A stretch of DNA of 64,000 nucleotides from Octopus sinensis (GCF_006345805.1 NC_043002.1:12462001-12526000), one strand, 5' to 3'; positions 37,994 to 51,344 are shown, counted from the first letter of the stretch. Numbers and translations: made by a program. The notes: generated by a model not told the origin, from the sequence alone.

Positions 37994-39093
37994 CAGGGTG
38001 GTGCAAAAGTAGGCTTAAAGTTGTATAGTTGTATATTTTATTTAATTTTTTTATTTAAAAAAAACATACAATGTTAGTCCCGTAAATTGCTCAAAATATC
38101 CGCCCTGAACATTGACACAATCTTGGAGTCAATAAGTCATACTGCGACACATATGTCGACACAGGTCGAGGTCAGTGTTGATTTCCAGGTAGCACTCTGT
38201 AATGAACCCGTGTAGTTGAGGTCAAGTGCGTGGTTTTCGCTGGAAAACCTTCTCTTTCACAAAAGCTTAGAAAAAAATCTATGGCCGTCTACCTCCCTGG
38301 GAACGTTTCACTGAGGAAATTACGCAATCAATAGTATAATGCTGTAGTGCCCCATCCTGTTGGAATAACACATCACCAAAGTTGGGCATAGCCGGCATTG
38401 CGGGCACCACCTCATTGCGCAAAGTTTCAAGGCGGTTGTCACCATTAAGTGTGCCCTCAAAAATGACAGGCCCAGGGGTTCCCGAACACGACAGACCTGC
38501 CCAAAAAGTGACACCTGGTTAATTCACCTCAGTTGTTAGTGTTAGGTGGGGTTTTTTCTTCATACCAGGAAATAAAGACATGTCGGTTGACATGCCCTGA
38601 TAACTTGAAACATGCCTCATCCGACCAAACAATCTTGTCAACGAATGTCGGGTTTTCACGAATCTCATTCTGCATGACTTCTGCGAACTCCATACGACTA
38701 TTTGGATTAACCTCTGTTAGGTTTTGCAGAAGTCTAGACCGGCATCGTGAGATGCCCAACTCAGCCGATATACATCTGGAAAACTTCTTAGGGCTAGTCA
38801 CGAAGGTCAGTGTTTTCTACGTTGAGTTTTCCTTAGTGGTAACAGTTCGAGAACGTCCGGATTTCGTGGCGTTCTTTACTGAACCTGTCTCTTCAAATTT
38901 CTCTCTTATTTTGTAAATCGTCTGTCGTAATGACGGTACAGTGTGAAAGGTTTCTGCCCACTTCCGGTGCACTGTTTCAGCATTTTCAAATTTCCAATAA
39001 TTCTTTAGGATCCACTTTTTTTCCCTCGTCTGTCAGCTTGCCCGCCATTATAAAAAAAAAATACAACTGTTAACCTACTTTTGCAGCAGCTTG
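37994..39093 (-). mobile_element. Tc1/mariner-superfamily transposon (DD37D/DD41D-like), defective
   Basis: TA|CAGGGTGGTGCAAAAGTAGGCTTAAAGTTGTA ... TACAACTGTTAACCTACTTTTGCAGCAGCTTG|TA; minus-strand transposase from the ATG at 39048: KFEETGSV, SGRSRT, IVWSDEACFKLSGHVNRH, C-terminal GGYFEQ. Confidence 0.9.
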
Positions 39094-39309
39094 TATATAT
39101 ATGTGGTCGAAAAACCTGCAAGAAATAGATGTTATATCTCCCATAAATAGCAGCTTTCGGTGTTTAAAAATGAAGCACGCTTTGAATGTTGTTTAAAATA
39201 TTTTTGTTTTTGAGTTCAAGGAGTCATAAGGATGCTTACCTCTTTTCCACGGTAACCAAGGCAACATTTCCTCTGAATGGGTCACCGGTCAGATGCAGGA
39301 TCAAGGCCA

Positions 39310-39915
39310 GCAGCTTTGAGGGAAGTGTGGTTACCTCTACCTTAGTGCTTGACTGGTATTTTATCTTATTGGCCCCGAAAGGATGAAAGGCAAAGTCCAC
39401 CTCAGCGGAGTTTGAACTCAGAACGCAAATCCAGAAAGACTGCTGTGAAACATTTTGTATGAAGCACTAACGATTCTGCTAGCGCGCCGTCTTAGGTTTT
39501 GTTATAGTATAATATATAAAATTAAAAAGCTTATAAGTTCTCGGTAAGAATGTTTAAAGACCTGAGGGTACTAAAATTGAATTGTCATTAAATTGTCAGA
39601 AGAAATAAACTTGTAGTATATGTATACTTGTCTTGGTCGCTGACTTATGAGGCATTGAAGAACGGGTGTGGCATTAATACATGAACTGAGCTTTCGTTTC
39701 CAGGTCAGGAATATTGATTTCAAATTTTGGCACAAGGCCAGAAATTTGGAGGGATTGAATCGACTCTAGTATTCAGCTGTTGCTTGTTTTATCGACTCCA
39801 AAAGTATGAAAAGCAAAGTCGACCCCGAGGGTTTTTGAACTCAAAACGTAAAGTCGGAAGAAATGCTGCCAAGCATTTTCTCCGGTACGGTGACGATTCT
39901 GAAAGTTCGCCGCCT
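39310..39915 (-). mobile_element. Two diverged SINE B copies (39310-39492 and 39725-39915)
   Basis: GAAAGGATGAAAGGCAAAGTC...TTTGAACTCAGAACG and AAAAGCAAAGTCGACC...TTTGAACTCAAAACG. Confidence 0.75.
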
Positions 39916-40114
39916 TCCGAACCAGGAATATCATGCTCACATTTCATCTCTTGACACCAGATCGAAAACAAAATAACAAAATAACAAAATAACCCCCCCC
40001 CCAAAAAAAAAGCGCATCGTCATTGTCTTCAAACGATAACAGTAAGTGAGAGAAGACTTCCACCATTTTCTTCTTCAAAACCCAAGTCAACTTCCGAAAT
40101 ATTCACTTTGTCCT

Positions 40115-41390
40115 TGCCATTTTTCTCATTACCATCGTTCTAATCGTATTCATTATGTTAGCCATCATGATAATCTCCATCCTGGTACTCGCCATTTTTG
40201 TCGTCAATACTTTTTCATCGCCTTCGTGATAGTCGCCATCTTGATAGTCATCATCTTGATAGTCGCCATTTTTGTCATCGTCATCATAGCAATTACCATC
40301 GCGGCAGTCACCATTTTATCGCCGCCATCTTAGTAACTGCTATCGTGGTAATCCCAATATTTGTCATCACCGCCATAACGGTCACCTTCTTTGTAGTCAC
40401 CGTTTTGGTCGACACTATTTTAGTAATCACCATCTGCGTGGTTCATCTTCAATACTGGTGACTCCTTCTTTAACCTTCTTCATTTGTCTGTGCTCAATAC
40501 TCCTTTGAATAGTCTCATCTTCGTAAACAACCTCTAGCCTTCTCTAGTCGTCGGACATCATGCATCCTACCTTTATCAAAAGCTTAAAGTCACTTCTGCT
40601 TTGAATCTACTCTTTGCCTGCAAAGCAGAACGGAAGAGTTACTCTAGAGAAAGAGTTACTCTACTTATACATGCAATCTGAGCGTCCTACGTCATTTACT
40701 AAAAAAGCTATGCTCACTTCTGCTTTATTTTCGTGTCAAATCTCGTAATTTCGGAGCCAGCTTAATCCTTGACTGCATCCGCAAACTGCAGAGTTTTGCC
40801 TTTTTAAACAATACGCCGAAATTTTAGTGTAACGATACACAATGAAACTTCAAGCCAGCACTAGTTTGTTAGACTAAATTTTTCACAATTTAAAAACATT
40901 CATAACGTCCACCATGATGGCAACGACAAAGATGGTGACTACCACGATGACGATGACGAATATGGCGACTACCACGATAGCCTTTACCAAGACGGCGTTT
41001 ACCCAAATTGTGACGACAAAAATTGCGGCTATAAAGAAAGCGACTACTATGACGATGATAACAGATATTGCAACTACCACGATAGCAACTACCAAGATGG
41101 CGGCGACAAAATGGCGACTACCAAGATGGTGAATACTAGGAACGCAATGACAGAATGGTTACGACAAAAGTGGCGACTAACAAGATGGCGATTACCACGT
41201 CGCTGATGACAAAGTGGAGACTAACACGATGACGACTACCACGAGGGTCTTTACGAAGATAACGATGACAAAAATGGTGACTATCAAGATGAGGGTTGCC
41301 AAAATAGCGAGGGCAAAAATGGCGACTACCAAGATGGCGACGAAAAAAAAATTGTTAACACTCACAATGGCGCTGACCTAAAATTGCGTC
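40115..41390. mobile_element. Foldback-like element: inverted arms of degenerate 15-bp repeats around a ~470-bp spacer
   Basis: Left arm units GTCGCCATCTTGRTA (40115-40440); right arm units ACCAAGATGGCGACT (40908-41390); the arms align colinearly as reverse complements. Confidence 0.75.
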
Positions 41391-41832
41391 GCTCATTAAA
41401 CAAAATCTTTGACATGCTAAAATAAACCCAAACCCACTAAAAACAACAGTACAATATTGTGTACACAAGTACAATTTTACTGATGGAATTTGATGCTAAT
41501 TTTCTCTGATACAAAGATCAGTGGTACTAGAGTTTAAGGTCGGTTCCAAAATACAGTCTGAACTGCGGCTTATCATTTGTGCTTCCATATATTTCAGTTT
41601 TTCATAGATTATTCCCGGCCGTAAGATGTTTTGTTCTCATCTAATCTAGATAAGCAATCTTATCTGGATAAACAAACTGGTACTGTCTCTGCTTATATCT
41701 GCTACAGGCAGATTATAGATTGATAAATATGAAACGAAGTGTTACGTAAATAACAGAATGGTATTGAAATACACATTGCTGTTTAGATAAGAAACAGTAA
41801 CAACAACAAAAACAAAAATAAGCAGACATACA

Positions 41833-41866
<34 letters not shown>

Positions 41867-42393
41867 ATTATTATTATTATTATCATATTAATATGCACAT
41901 ATTCATACATGTATAAATACACATACGCACATACATGTATATTATTACATATATGAATACACATACACATATACATGTATATATAAATATATTATATTAT
42001 ACATATATATATATATATATATATACACATACATGCACATATACATACATATATATAATATATATATATATATATATAAACACACATATATATATATATA
42101 TGTAAAAGTTGATATTTGTTTAGATACACTGACATATAAGTATGTGCGAATGTGTGTGTGCGTGTATGTGTGTGTGTGCATGTGCGTGTGTGTGTGTGTG
42201 CGTGTGTGTGTGTGTATGTATGTGTGTGTGTGTGTGTATGTGTGTGTGTATGTGCTTGTGTGTTTGTGCGTAAAAGGATTATCAAATAAAGAATACACTG
42301 TTACTTAAACATATTTCATATTTCAGAACCAGACCGACATAACACAACACACCCACACACATATATTCTTGTGTTATGTGTGTGTAGGTATAT

Positions 42394-42425
<32 letters not shown>

Positions 42426-42736
42426 ATATAAAAACCTACATATAGTCATAAATTTATAGACATGCACACACAATATATATATATATATGTTTAGATAATT
42501 AGATATAGCTATACATACGTACATACACACATGCATATACATATATGTATTTACGTCTGTACGTGTGAATACACATATATATATATATATATTTACATAT
42601 ATATATATATTTACAACTATGTATATATATATATATATGTATGTCTATATATATATTTTTATATACATATATATGTATGTGTATACATATATATGTCTAT
42701 ATATATATACATACATATATACATATACATACATAC

Positions 42737-42770
<34 letters not shown>

Positions 42771-42841
42771 TATATACATATATATATTGCATATATATAT
42801 ATATATTGCATATATATATATATATATATTGCATATATATA

Positions 42842-42917
<76 letters not shown>

Positions 42918-43244
42918 TACAGTTATAATTGGCAGAGTCGGTAAGGTGGTAGTACCCATGGCGTTGCAGGCTGCTGCTTAGGGGAAATAAGACAAATGTG
43001 GTTGTCCTACTTCGGTAACCTCCGCTTTTCGACGCCTGTGTGAAATATGAGACAGCGTGGGAGCTTCTACATGATCGAACGACCTGCTAGCAGTAGCAAC
43101 CAAATTTGTCTCATGGGTACCATGATAATTGCAGTCCTCGCTATACAAATGGCAAAACTGATTGAAATGATCATGGTTATTGGTCTGTCTGAGACTGACC
43201 TGGTGTTATACAACAAATACATTACACATGGTAACTAGGTCCTC

Positions 43245-43276
<32 letters not shown>

Positions 43277-43284
43277 TTCATATT

Positions 43285-43752
43285 TTATCTCTTGCTTGTT
43301 TCAGTCATTGGACTGCGGCCATGTTGGGGCACCGCCCTGAAGATTTTAAGTCGAACGAATCGATCTCAGTCTGTTAACATATTATGTTGGTCTCTTATGC
43401 CAAACTGCTAAGTCACGAAAAACGGAAGGACAGTAACACCGGCTGTTAAGAGGTGGTGAGCACAAACACATAGAGAGAGAGACACACACACACACACACT
43501 AATACAAACACAATCTCTCACACACAAACTTACACATGTCTGTCTGTATGCATGTATGTATGTGTGTATATATGTGTGTGTAGGTATGTATGTGTATGTG
43601 TGCGTGCGTGTATGTACGTATGTGTATATGTATTTATGTATGTTTGTGTACATGTATGTACGTGTGTGTGTATGTATTGTGTGTGTATGTACGTGTGCGT
43701 GTATGTACGTGTGTGTTTGTATGTATGTGTATGTATGTGTTATGTGTGTATG

Positions 43753-43800
<48 letters not shown>

Positions 43801-44030
43801 ATGTATGTGTGTGTATGTGTGTCTGTATTTGTTTCCCACCACCACTTGACAACCGGCGCTGGTGTGTTTACTTCCCGATAACTGAGCAGTTCGGCAAAAG
43901 AAAACGATAGAATAAGTTCCAGGTTTTAAAAAAGCAAGTACTAAGTACTGGGGTTGATTTGTTCCACTAAATTTCTTGAAGGCGTTGTTCCAGCATGACC
44001 ACAGTCTAATATCTGAAAGAAGTAAAATTT
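43285..44030. mobile_element. Divergent inverted pair of SINE A 3' halves (43285-43470 -, 43820-44030 +) around TG/TA tracts
   Basis: TTTCAGTCATTGGACTGCGGCCATG on the left; CTTGACAACCGG...CCAGCATGACCACAGTC on the right. Confidence 0.7.
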
Positions 44031-44200
44031 AAAAAAATTAAAATAGAATAAAAAGAATAATTTTAGTAGAACCATTAAAACACTTCCATTTGGAATCCAT
44101 TGGTGACAAAGACGTCGACTGATAGATCTCAACTCTAAGAGATACAATGACTTGTGGGAGTTGTAAAAACAGTTTATGGACATCACATCTTCACGGAATA

Positions 44201-44606
44201 GGCGTAGGAGTGGCTGTGTGGTAAGTAGCTTGCTTACGAACCACATGGTTCCGGATTCAGTCCCACTGCGTGGCACCTTGGGCAAGTGTCTTCTAATTTA
44301 GCCTCGGGCCGACCAAAGCCTTGTGTAAGGATTTGGTAGACAGAAACTGAAAGAGGCCCGTCGTATATATGCATATATATATATATGTATGCGTGTGTAT
44401 GCGTTTGTGGGTTTGTGTTTGTCCCACCAACATCGCTTGACAACCGATGCTGGTGTGTTTACGTCCCCGTAACTTAGCGGTTCGGCAAAAGGGACCGATA
44501 GAATAAGTACAAGGCTTACAAAGAATAGATCCTGGGGTCGATATGCTCGACTAAAGGCGGTTCTCCAGCATGGCCATAGTCAAATGACTGAAACATGTAA
44601 AAGAGT
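44201..44606 (+). mobile_element. SINE family A, full length, young
   Basis: Near-consensus head, linker and tail. Confidence 0.93.
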
Positions 44607-45233
44607 AGTACATAGAGTACCACAAGTAAAAAAGTACTACATAGGAAGACATGGTTGCCTTCTTTGAGGCCCTTGGTTGGGAAATATCCCTAACCATATC
44701 GGCAAAGGTGGTGGAACGATGCATTCAATGGTTGTCATTTACGACGCAAAGTCGAAAGCGACATCGTTAAATATCCGCTCTGTTGACGTCTTCTGTGTTT
44801 TCTGTGACACTATGTCATGTAAAGACTTGTAGTCATGATGTTTGAGAGATTGAGATAGAGGGAGTGGGAAAGAAAAACAGAAAATTTACATCACGATTTT
44901 CTGATGAACAAAGGCCACAACATGTGCGTGCGGTGGCGGACAGGGTCTAAAAATATGGGTTGCTAAGAGACTGAGAGGCCCAATCGCAACTACAAAGGGA
45001 CCCACCCGCAACTATATTGCTATCATTTTAATTTTTTATTGTGAAAAATATTCTTTTCAACTGTCTACAAACACAGCCAAGCTGAAATAATTCATGTAGT
45101 CTTCCAGGAGTGAATATAAAATTCCCAAACTTGAAGGAATGGGCCGCCATATATGGATTCTAATGGCACAGGGGCCCACTTGCCATCGAGCACGCTGACA
45201 ACCTGGCCAGTCCGCCAACTGCGTGTATGTATG

Positions 45234-45267
<34 letters not shown>

Positions 45268-45353
45268 TGTATGTATGTATGTATGTATGTGTGTGTATGT
45301 ATGTATGTATGTATGTATGTATGTATGTATGTATGTATGTATGCATGTATGTA

Positions 45354-45563
45354 CGAGGGGTGCTGAAAAGTTTCTGCTTTAAGGGTATCGCGAAAGATCT
45401 GGTTGGAGGCCCAACCTTCCGAGTTCTGTTACAGGGTTTAGAAAAACTGAAGGACTGTTGCAAGTGTGTGAATCTGAAAGGGGAATATGTTGAATAGGAC
45501 CATAATTAACTGATTCGCCTATATTTTCTTTTACCCAAAAGCAAGAACTTTCCAACACACTCG
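45354..45563 (+). mobile_element. Mariner-derived MITE (~210 bp)
   Basis: TA|CGAGGGGGTGCTGAAAAGTTTCTGCTTT ... AAAGCAAGAACTTTCCAACACACTCG; keeps the transposase C-terminus GLEKLKD..KCVNLKGEYVE*. Confidence 0.8.
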
Positions 45564-45594
45564 CATATGTATGCATGTATGTACGTATGTATGC

Positions 45595-45905
45595 TTTTTT
45601 TTCTGTGCACAATTTGTGACGGACCATGCCTTTCGGTTGCTGACCAAATCTCATTTACGGACACAGGAAAAACGAACTTTCACCAACTACTCAGCGCATT
45701 TATGTGTGCATATTTGTCAATGCCATGTATGTCATAAGGTGTGCAAATCTAGCGGGGGCCTCATTGGTGGCCCTAAGCAGATATGCAATCTATTTAGGAG
45801 TCTTTTCAAAACATTGTCTGGTTTAAAAAGCCACATCAGACGCCATTATAGATCTAGGGTGTAAGTACAAAAGGTGATCAAACTCTGCATTAGGAGTAGA
45901 CAACC
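45595..45905 (+). mobile_element. RTE-like LINE 3' fragment in a (TATG)n context
   Basis: CHVCHKVCKSSGGL and FKTLSGLKSHIRRH zinc-finger-like C-terminal motifs. Confidence 0.6.
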
Positions 45906-45982
45906 GTATGTATGTATGCATGTATGTATATATGTGTGTGTGTATGCGTGTGTGTGAGTGAGTGTCTGCATGTGTATATATA

Positions 45983-46190
45983 CAGTAATCCCTCGATTAT
46001 TTCGGGTGCTACGTTCCAAAAACCCCCCACAGAAATAACTAAATTCTAAAAAAATATAAATACCTACAGGCCGCAAAAAACCGCGATATTTTGAGGTGGC
46101 CGCGATTTACATTTACATATATTAGCCAGAAAAATCCGCGATGTACTGAGTGTGCGGATAGGTGAACCGCGATATGGCGAGGGTTTACTG
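45983..46190. mobile_element. pogo/Tigger-type MITE
   Basis: TA|CAGTAATCCCTCG ... CGAGGGTTTACTG|TA; internal CCGCGA repeats; second copy at 55974. Confidence 0.85.
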
Positions 46191-46659
46191 TATATAAAGT
46201 ATACACCACCCACACACACACAGACGTACACAAACGGACACAGATACATATTTATGATTCATAAAGGTGACTTGTGGTCCGACAATTTCGTACAAGTCAC
46301 TTGTCAGCGATGCAGGAAACTCTTAGCCCTTGCGTCACTTTCATATGATTCTGCCGGTCAATATGTGTGTGTGTGTGTGTATGTGTGTATGTGTGTGTGT
46401 GTGTGTGTATGTGTGTGTGTGCGTGTGTGTATGTGTGTGTGTATGTGTGTGTGTATGTATGTGTGTATGTGTGTGTGTGTGTGTGTGTGTATGTGTGTGC
46501 GTGCGTGCGTGTTTATGTGTACATATATGCATACATGCATACATACAGACACAACTACGTATATATACACACATGTGTGGGAGACCATGTGCGCTGGTGC
46601 ATGTGTATGCATCCCTGTATGCATTCGCATGCGTGCGTCAGCTTCATACAGCCTCTTAA

Positions 46660-46794
46660 TTTACTCTTTTATTTGTTTGTCATTTGACTGCGGCCATGCT
46701 GGAGCATCACCTTTAGTCAAACAAATCGACCACAGGACTTATCCTTTGTAAGCTAGTCTCTTTTTACCGAACCGCTAGCCAAGTTACATATGTG

Positions 46795-46828
<34 letters not shown>

Positions 46829-46921
46829 ATTATATATATATATATATGTATGTATGTATATATATATATGTGCTCTTTGTTAAGTGATGTTTGGGGGACA
46901 ATCACAGACACACATACATAA

Positions 46922-46956
<35 letters not shown>

Positions 46957-47075
46957 ATATATATATACGACGGGCTTCTTTCAGTTTCGGTCTACCTAAT
47001 CCACTCAGAGGGCCATGGTCGGCCCAAGGTGCTACGCAGTGGGACTGAACTCGGAACCATGTGATTGGGAAGCAA
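46660..47075 (-). mobile_element. SINE family A, internally deleted, with TA expansion
   Basis: CATTTGACTGCGGCCATGCTGGAGCA...GGGCTTCTTTCAGTTTC...GCAGTGGGACTGAAC. Confidence 0.85.
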
Positions 47076-47489
47076 AAGAATTCATATGCGCTATGCCTTG
47101 CTGTACAATGTATACACCCGCAACAAAGTATGTAGTATCTGTGTGCGCTCACGCATGCGTGTATGTATGCGTGTATATGTGTTTGCGTGTTTGCTTATAT
47201 AAGTGTTTGTCTCATATTTCTATGTATATACTAAACAAATTGAAAAACGGTGATTCGTCTTTACCATATATGTAATGGATATGCAATCAATAGTTGCGTC
47301 AGATATATATTGCATTATTAATGCTATGATATTATATGTGATAATAACTATTATATATACAGGAAGAATAGCTATCTATAAACTATTGTATGTAATATTC
47401 GTATTGTGCATGTCAAATGTAAATATCACAAAAAAATACCATTATGCCTGCATGCACACACACACACACACACACACACACAACTCTCT

Positions 47490-47905
47490 CTTTACTCTTT
47501 TACTCTTTTACTTGTTTCAGTCATTTGACTGCGGCCATGCTGGAGCACCTCCTTTTGTCGAGCAAATCGACCCCGGGACTTATTCTTTGTAAGCCCAGTA
47601 CTTATTCTATCGGTTTCTTTTGCCGAACCGCTAAGTGACGGGGACGTAAACACACCAGCATCGGTTGTCAAGCAATGCTAGGGGGACAAACACAGACACA
47701 CAAACATATACACACACACACTTATATATATATACATATATACGACAGGCTACTTTCAGTTTCTGTCTACCAAATCCACTCACAAGGCATTGGTCGGCCC
47801 GGGGCTATAGCAGAAGTCACTTGCCCAAGATGCCACGCAGTGGGACTGAACCCGGTACCATGTGGTTGGTTAGCAAGCTACTTACCACACAGCCACTCCT
47901 GCGCC
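47490..47905 (-). mobile_element. SINE family A, full length
   Basis: Reverse complement of 44201-44606. Confidence 0.93.
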
Positions 47906-48139
47906 TCACATAAACACAAACATATCTATGTTACTTAATATATGAGCTATATATATGTATACACATACTCACACGAGGGCAAGTCAAAAATTACCCGCAC
48001 TTTTCCCATAACATATCTTTATTATTGTCACCCTGCCTTCTGCGCATGCGTGCTTATAGTTGGTACTACTGTGGTCACGTGTTTCAAGTTTGAGTCTGAT
48101 CGCCCCATTTTTTCTTTCTGCTTTTACAGTGTAAGCACG

Positions 48140-48470
48140 GGTTCAGCACTTGGCCACCCCAACGGTCGCGGGCTTGTCTACCCTTACATGTGAGGAACGT
48201 CTCCAACGCCTGGCATTACCTTCACTCAAACGACGGAGGAATCGGTGAGATCTCATCTTGGCTTTCAACATCTTGAACGGGTATGTAAACCTACCATTTG
48301 CGGAGTTTTTCACCCCTGCGCTGAATAGAGGTCTCCGTGGGCATGATCGGAAAATCGATCCCTGACACTTTCGACCGCAATCTCCGTCCGTATCGCAACC
48401 CCGTGGAACAGGCTACCACAAGATGTCATTCAACTGCCCACCTCTTCAAAGAAGTTCTGGACAACTCTGG
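48140..48470 (+). mobile_element. CR1-clade LINE ORF2 3' fragment
   Basis: LTCEERLQRLALPSLKRRRNR*DLILAFNILNG...LRGHDRK...WNRLPQDVI...FKEVLD. Confidence 0.8.
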
Positions 48471-49802
48471 CGACTATATATAAAACTGTATATAACAATA
48501 ACTGTTTTTTCTTATATATATATATATATATGCGTACGTGCACATGTGTATTATGTATGTACATGTGTGTGTGTGTTTGTGTGTAAGTTAGTAAGTATGA
48601 TAGTGTACGTGCTTGCACGCGCGTGTGTGTGTGTATGTATACTCAAAGCCAGTCGTTAAACCTGTTTCTTCTTGATATGTTCTTGTAATCTACAATGTTT
48701 AACTCCTGTCAGTATTAAGTGCTTTCATTCAGAGATCCATTTCACATGAAACCAAAACAAACAACTAATTATAACAATAAAGAACGAAGAGCCGAGCTAA
48801 AGCAATGCCTGCGGAACAAATTTACTAAAAGTTGAACACATTAAGTAAGAAGAGTCTCTCCTGCATGTACATATCTCTGAATAAATCTTGTTGTACCTTG
48901 GGACGGTCATTACGACAATAATAATAATAACACTTGCACTGGTTCAAATTCGCTTCTTTATTTTCATCTACTTGGTTAAATATCTAACCAATTAAATAAT
49001 CAATTGTTTGTTTAATGTGCTTTAGTTAGTGGGTTAGAGATTTGGTCAACTGACTAAGAATAAAGATGTGATACTGAGACAGTGTGTGTGTTATTACTAG
49101 CATGATGACCCATCCAAGACACAGAAAGTTTTGTTTCAAAACATGATTTCACGAGAAGAATCTTCCACAACTAATGCATAAACGTCTGAATGCATTTTTT
49201 TATCTTTTGACAACCACCTCGAAGGGTGTTGATCACATAAATCGATTCTGGTATTATTTATTATAATTCCTTTAGTGGGTGTGGGGAGGCTTAAGTTTGG
49301 AACTCATTCTGTCGTTCTCTTTTGCCGAACTGCTAAAATAGGAGGACGTAAACAAATCAACACATGTTGTAAAGCGGTTGTGAGTCACACACACACACAT
49401 ACACACACATGCATTCACACATACACATATGCACTCACACACACCCATACATTCACACACACATACAAACACAAAGACACAAACGCATACGCACAAACAC
49501 ATACAAACACACACCCATACATTCACACACACACACACACACACGAAGATATGCACATACAAACACACACCCATACATTCACACACACGTACACACACAC
49601 ATGTAATTTTGTGGGGTCTAACGGGTGTATATCAATCAGTGTATTGATGTACTGAATAGAGCACTGGCGTGGTTTGAGCTACCTGGTGTCATCCGCAGTT
49701 TGGGTATATTCCCACTGGATCTACTTCAGGAATTCCGCAGTATTAGTTGAGATAATAATCGATTAAAGAAACAGAAGATAGATTTGGTATTAGTCTTTAT
49801 TG

Positions 49803-49897
49803 TGTACTACGATCGTTTCGACCCATCCTGCGACTGTCCCATGTGGGTGGGATACTATACATAATATTATATTGCAGGCTGGGTCACATCAGGTACA
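49803..49897 (-). ncRNA. Type I hammerhead ribozyme motif with extended stem II
   Basis: Minus: TGTAC-CTGATGT-GACCCA-G-CCTGC...GCAGG-A-TGGGTC-GAAA-CGATCG-TA-GTACA; 5-bp stem I, palindromic stem III, GUA triplet; A9 is replaced by U. Confidence 0.7.
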
Positions 49898-50539
49898 TTC
49901 ATGCATAAAGTGGTGTCTCACTAAAGATCTTGACTTTGGGCAGCCACGTTTTTTGCCCGCTTCAGTTAGGGAATGATGCGTTGCTATAATCTACATACAA
50001 CGGATTTCTTTCAGCATTCAACAACGAGATGAACTCAGGAGGCTTCGGTTTGCCCGGGGCTATAGCAGAAAACTCTTGTCCAAGGTTTTCCCGCACTCAG
50101 CTCGAACCCGAAACCATGTGGTTGGGAAGTGAGCCTCTTATCTACACAAACATTCTTGTGTCTATTGTAGAAAATAATAGTGCAGCTAGTCACCGAAATA
50201 TGCACATACACTTAGACATGCTGATAAGAACTAATCGGGCTGGTATTATATTCAAGGATAAAGCAATCAGGACTTAAACCCAGTTTGATAAGACATGTCC
50301 ATCTGATAAGAGCGTATCAGTGTAGGAGATAAGGACAATTACAAAATACAAGAGTTTGAAAATAATGATAGGGTGAGTAAGAAGGAGTCTAGAAAATAAA
50401 GCTATATCTTGTTTGTGGGAAATGTTGCGCTTGTGTGGCCATGTGGATAGGAAGCTCATGTGACAAGCATTTGTTGTTCGGTTCAGTTCGACCACGGTGG
50501 TGGGACTTTTGGGAAATGTTTCGTACCGTATAAAGTCTT

Positions 50540-51185
50540 GGACCGTATAAAGGCGGATGAGGAGAAGAAGAAGTAGGAGGGGAAGGAGGAGAAGGAGAAG
50601 AAATAGAAGAGGAGGAAGAAGGGGAAGCAGAGGAGAAATAAGTAGAAGAGAAGAGAAGGTGTAAGAAGAAGAAGAAGCAGAAGAGGAAGAAGAAGAAGAA
50701 GCAGAATGGGGAGAGGGAGAAGAAAAAGAAGAATGGGGAGAGGGAGAAGAAGTATGGGGAGAGGGAGAAGAAGAATGGGGAGAGGGAGGAGAAGAAGAAG
50801 AAGAAGAAGAAGAATGGGGTGAGGGAGAAGAAAAAGAAGAATGGGGAGAGGGAGAAGAAGAAGAAGAAGAGGAGGAGGAAGAAGAAAAAGAAGCAGAATG
50901 GGGAGAGGGAGAAGGAAAAGAAGAATGGGGAGAGGGAGAAGAAGAAGAATAGAGATAGGGAGAAGAAGAAGAAGAAAAAGAGTGGGGAGAGGGAGAAGAG
51001 CAGTAAAAGTGGGATGAGGTGGAGGTTAAAGAAAGAAGAAAGGGAAAAAGTGGGAAGATGGTTAGAAAGGGGTGGAGGTACAGTGGACAGAGGGCGAAGA
51101 AGAGGGGAGAAACAGGTCGAAGAGTGGATAGGGGAAAAGAGAGAAGAAGGAGAGGAAGAGGCGAAGGAGGAGGAAAAGGAATAGA
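50540..51185. repeat. Polypurine tract/minisatellite (GAA)n plus GAATGGGGAGAGGGAGAA units
   Basis: ~640 bp almost purely A/G on the + strand. Confidence 0.95.
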
Positions 51186-51206
51186 CGAGGAACGTTGAAG
51201 AATATA

Positions 51207-51250
<44 letters not shown>

Positions 51251-51344
51251 GCGCATATGTGTATGTGTATTTACACACACACTTGTGTCGATAAGGGGGA
51301 CTGCACCCAAAAAGTGCCCCCCCCCGCCCCGACGCACAAGTCTG

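Noticed and set aside
40115-41390. Hydrophobic V/I/A-rich and T/M-rich ORFs
   Set aside because: Products of the 15-bp (5-codon) repeat on either strand
50819-51184. K/E/R-rich 121-aa ORF
   Set aside because: Polypurine repeat translation with no ATG start
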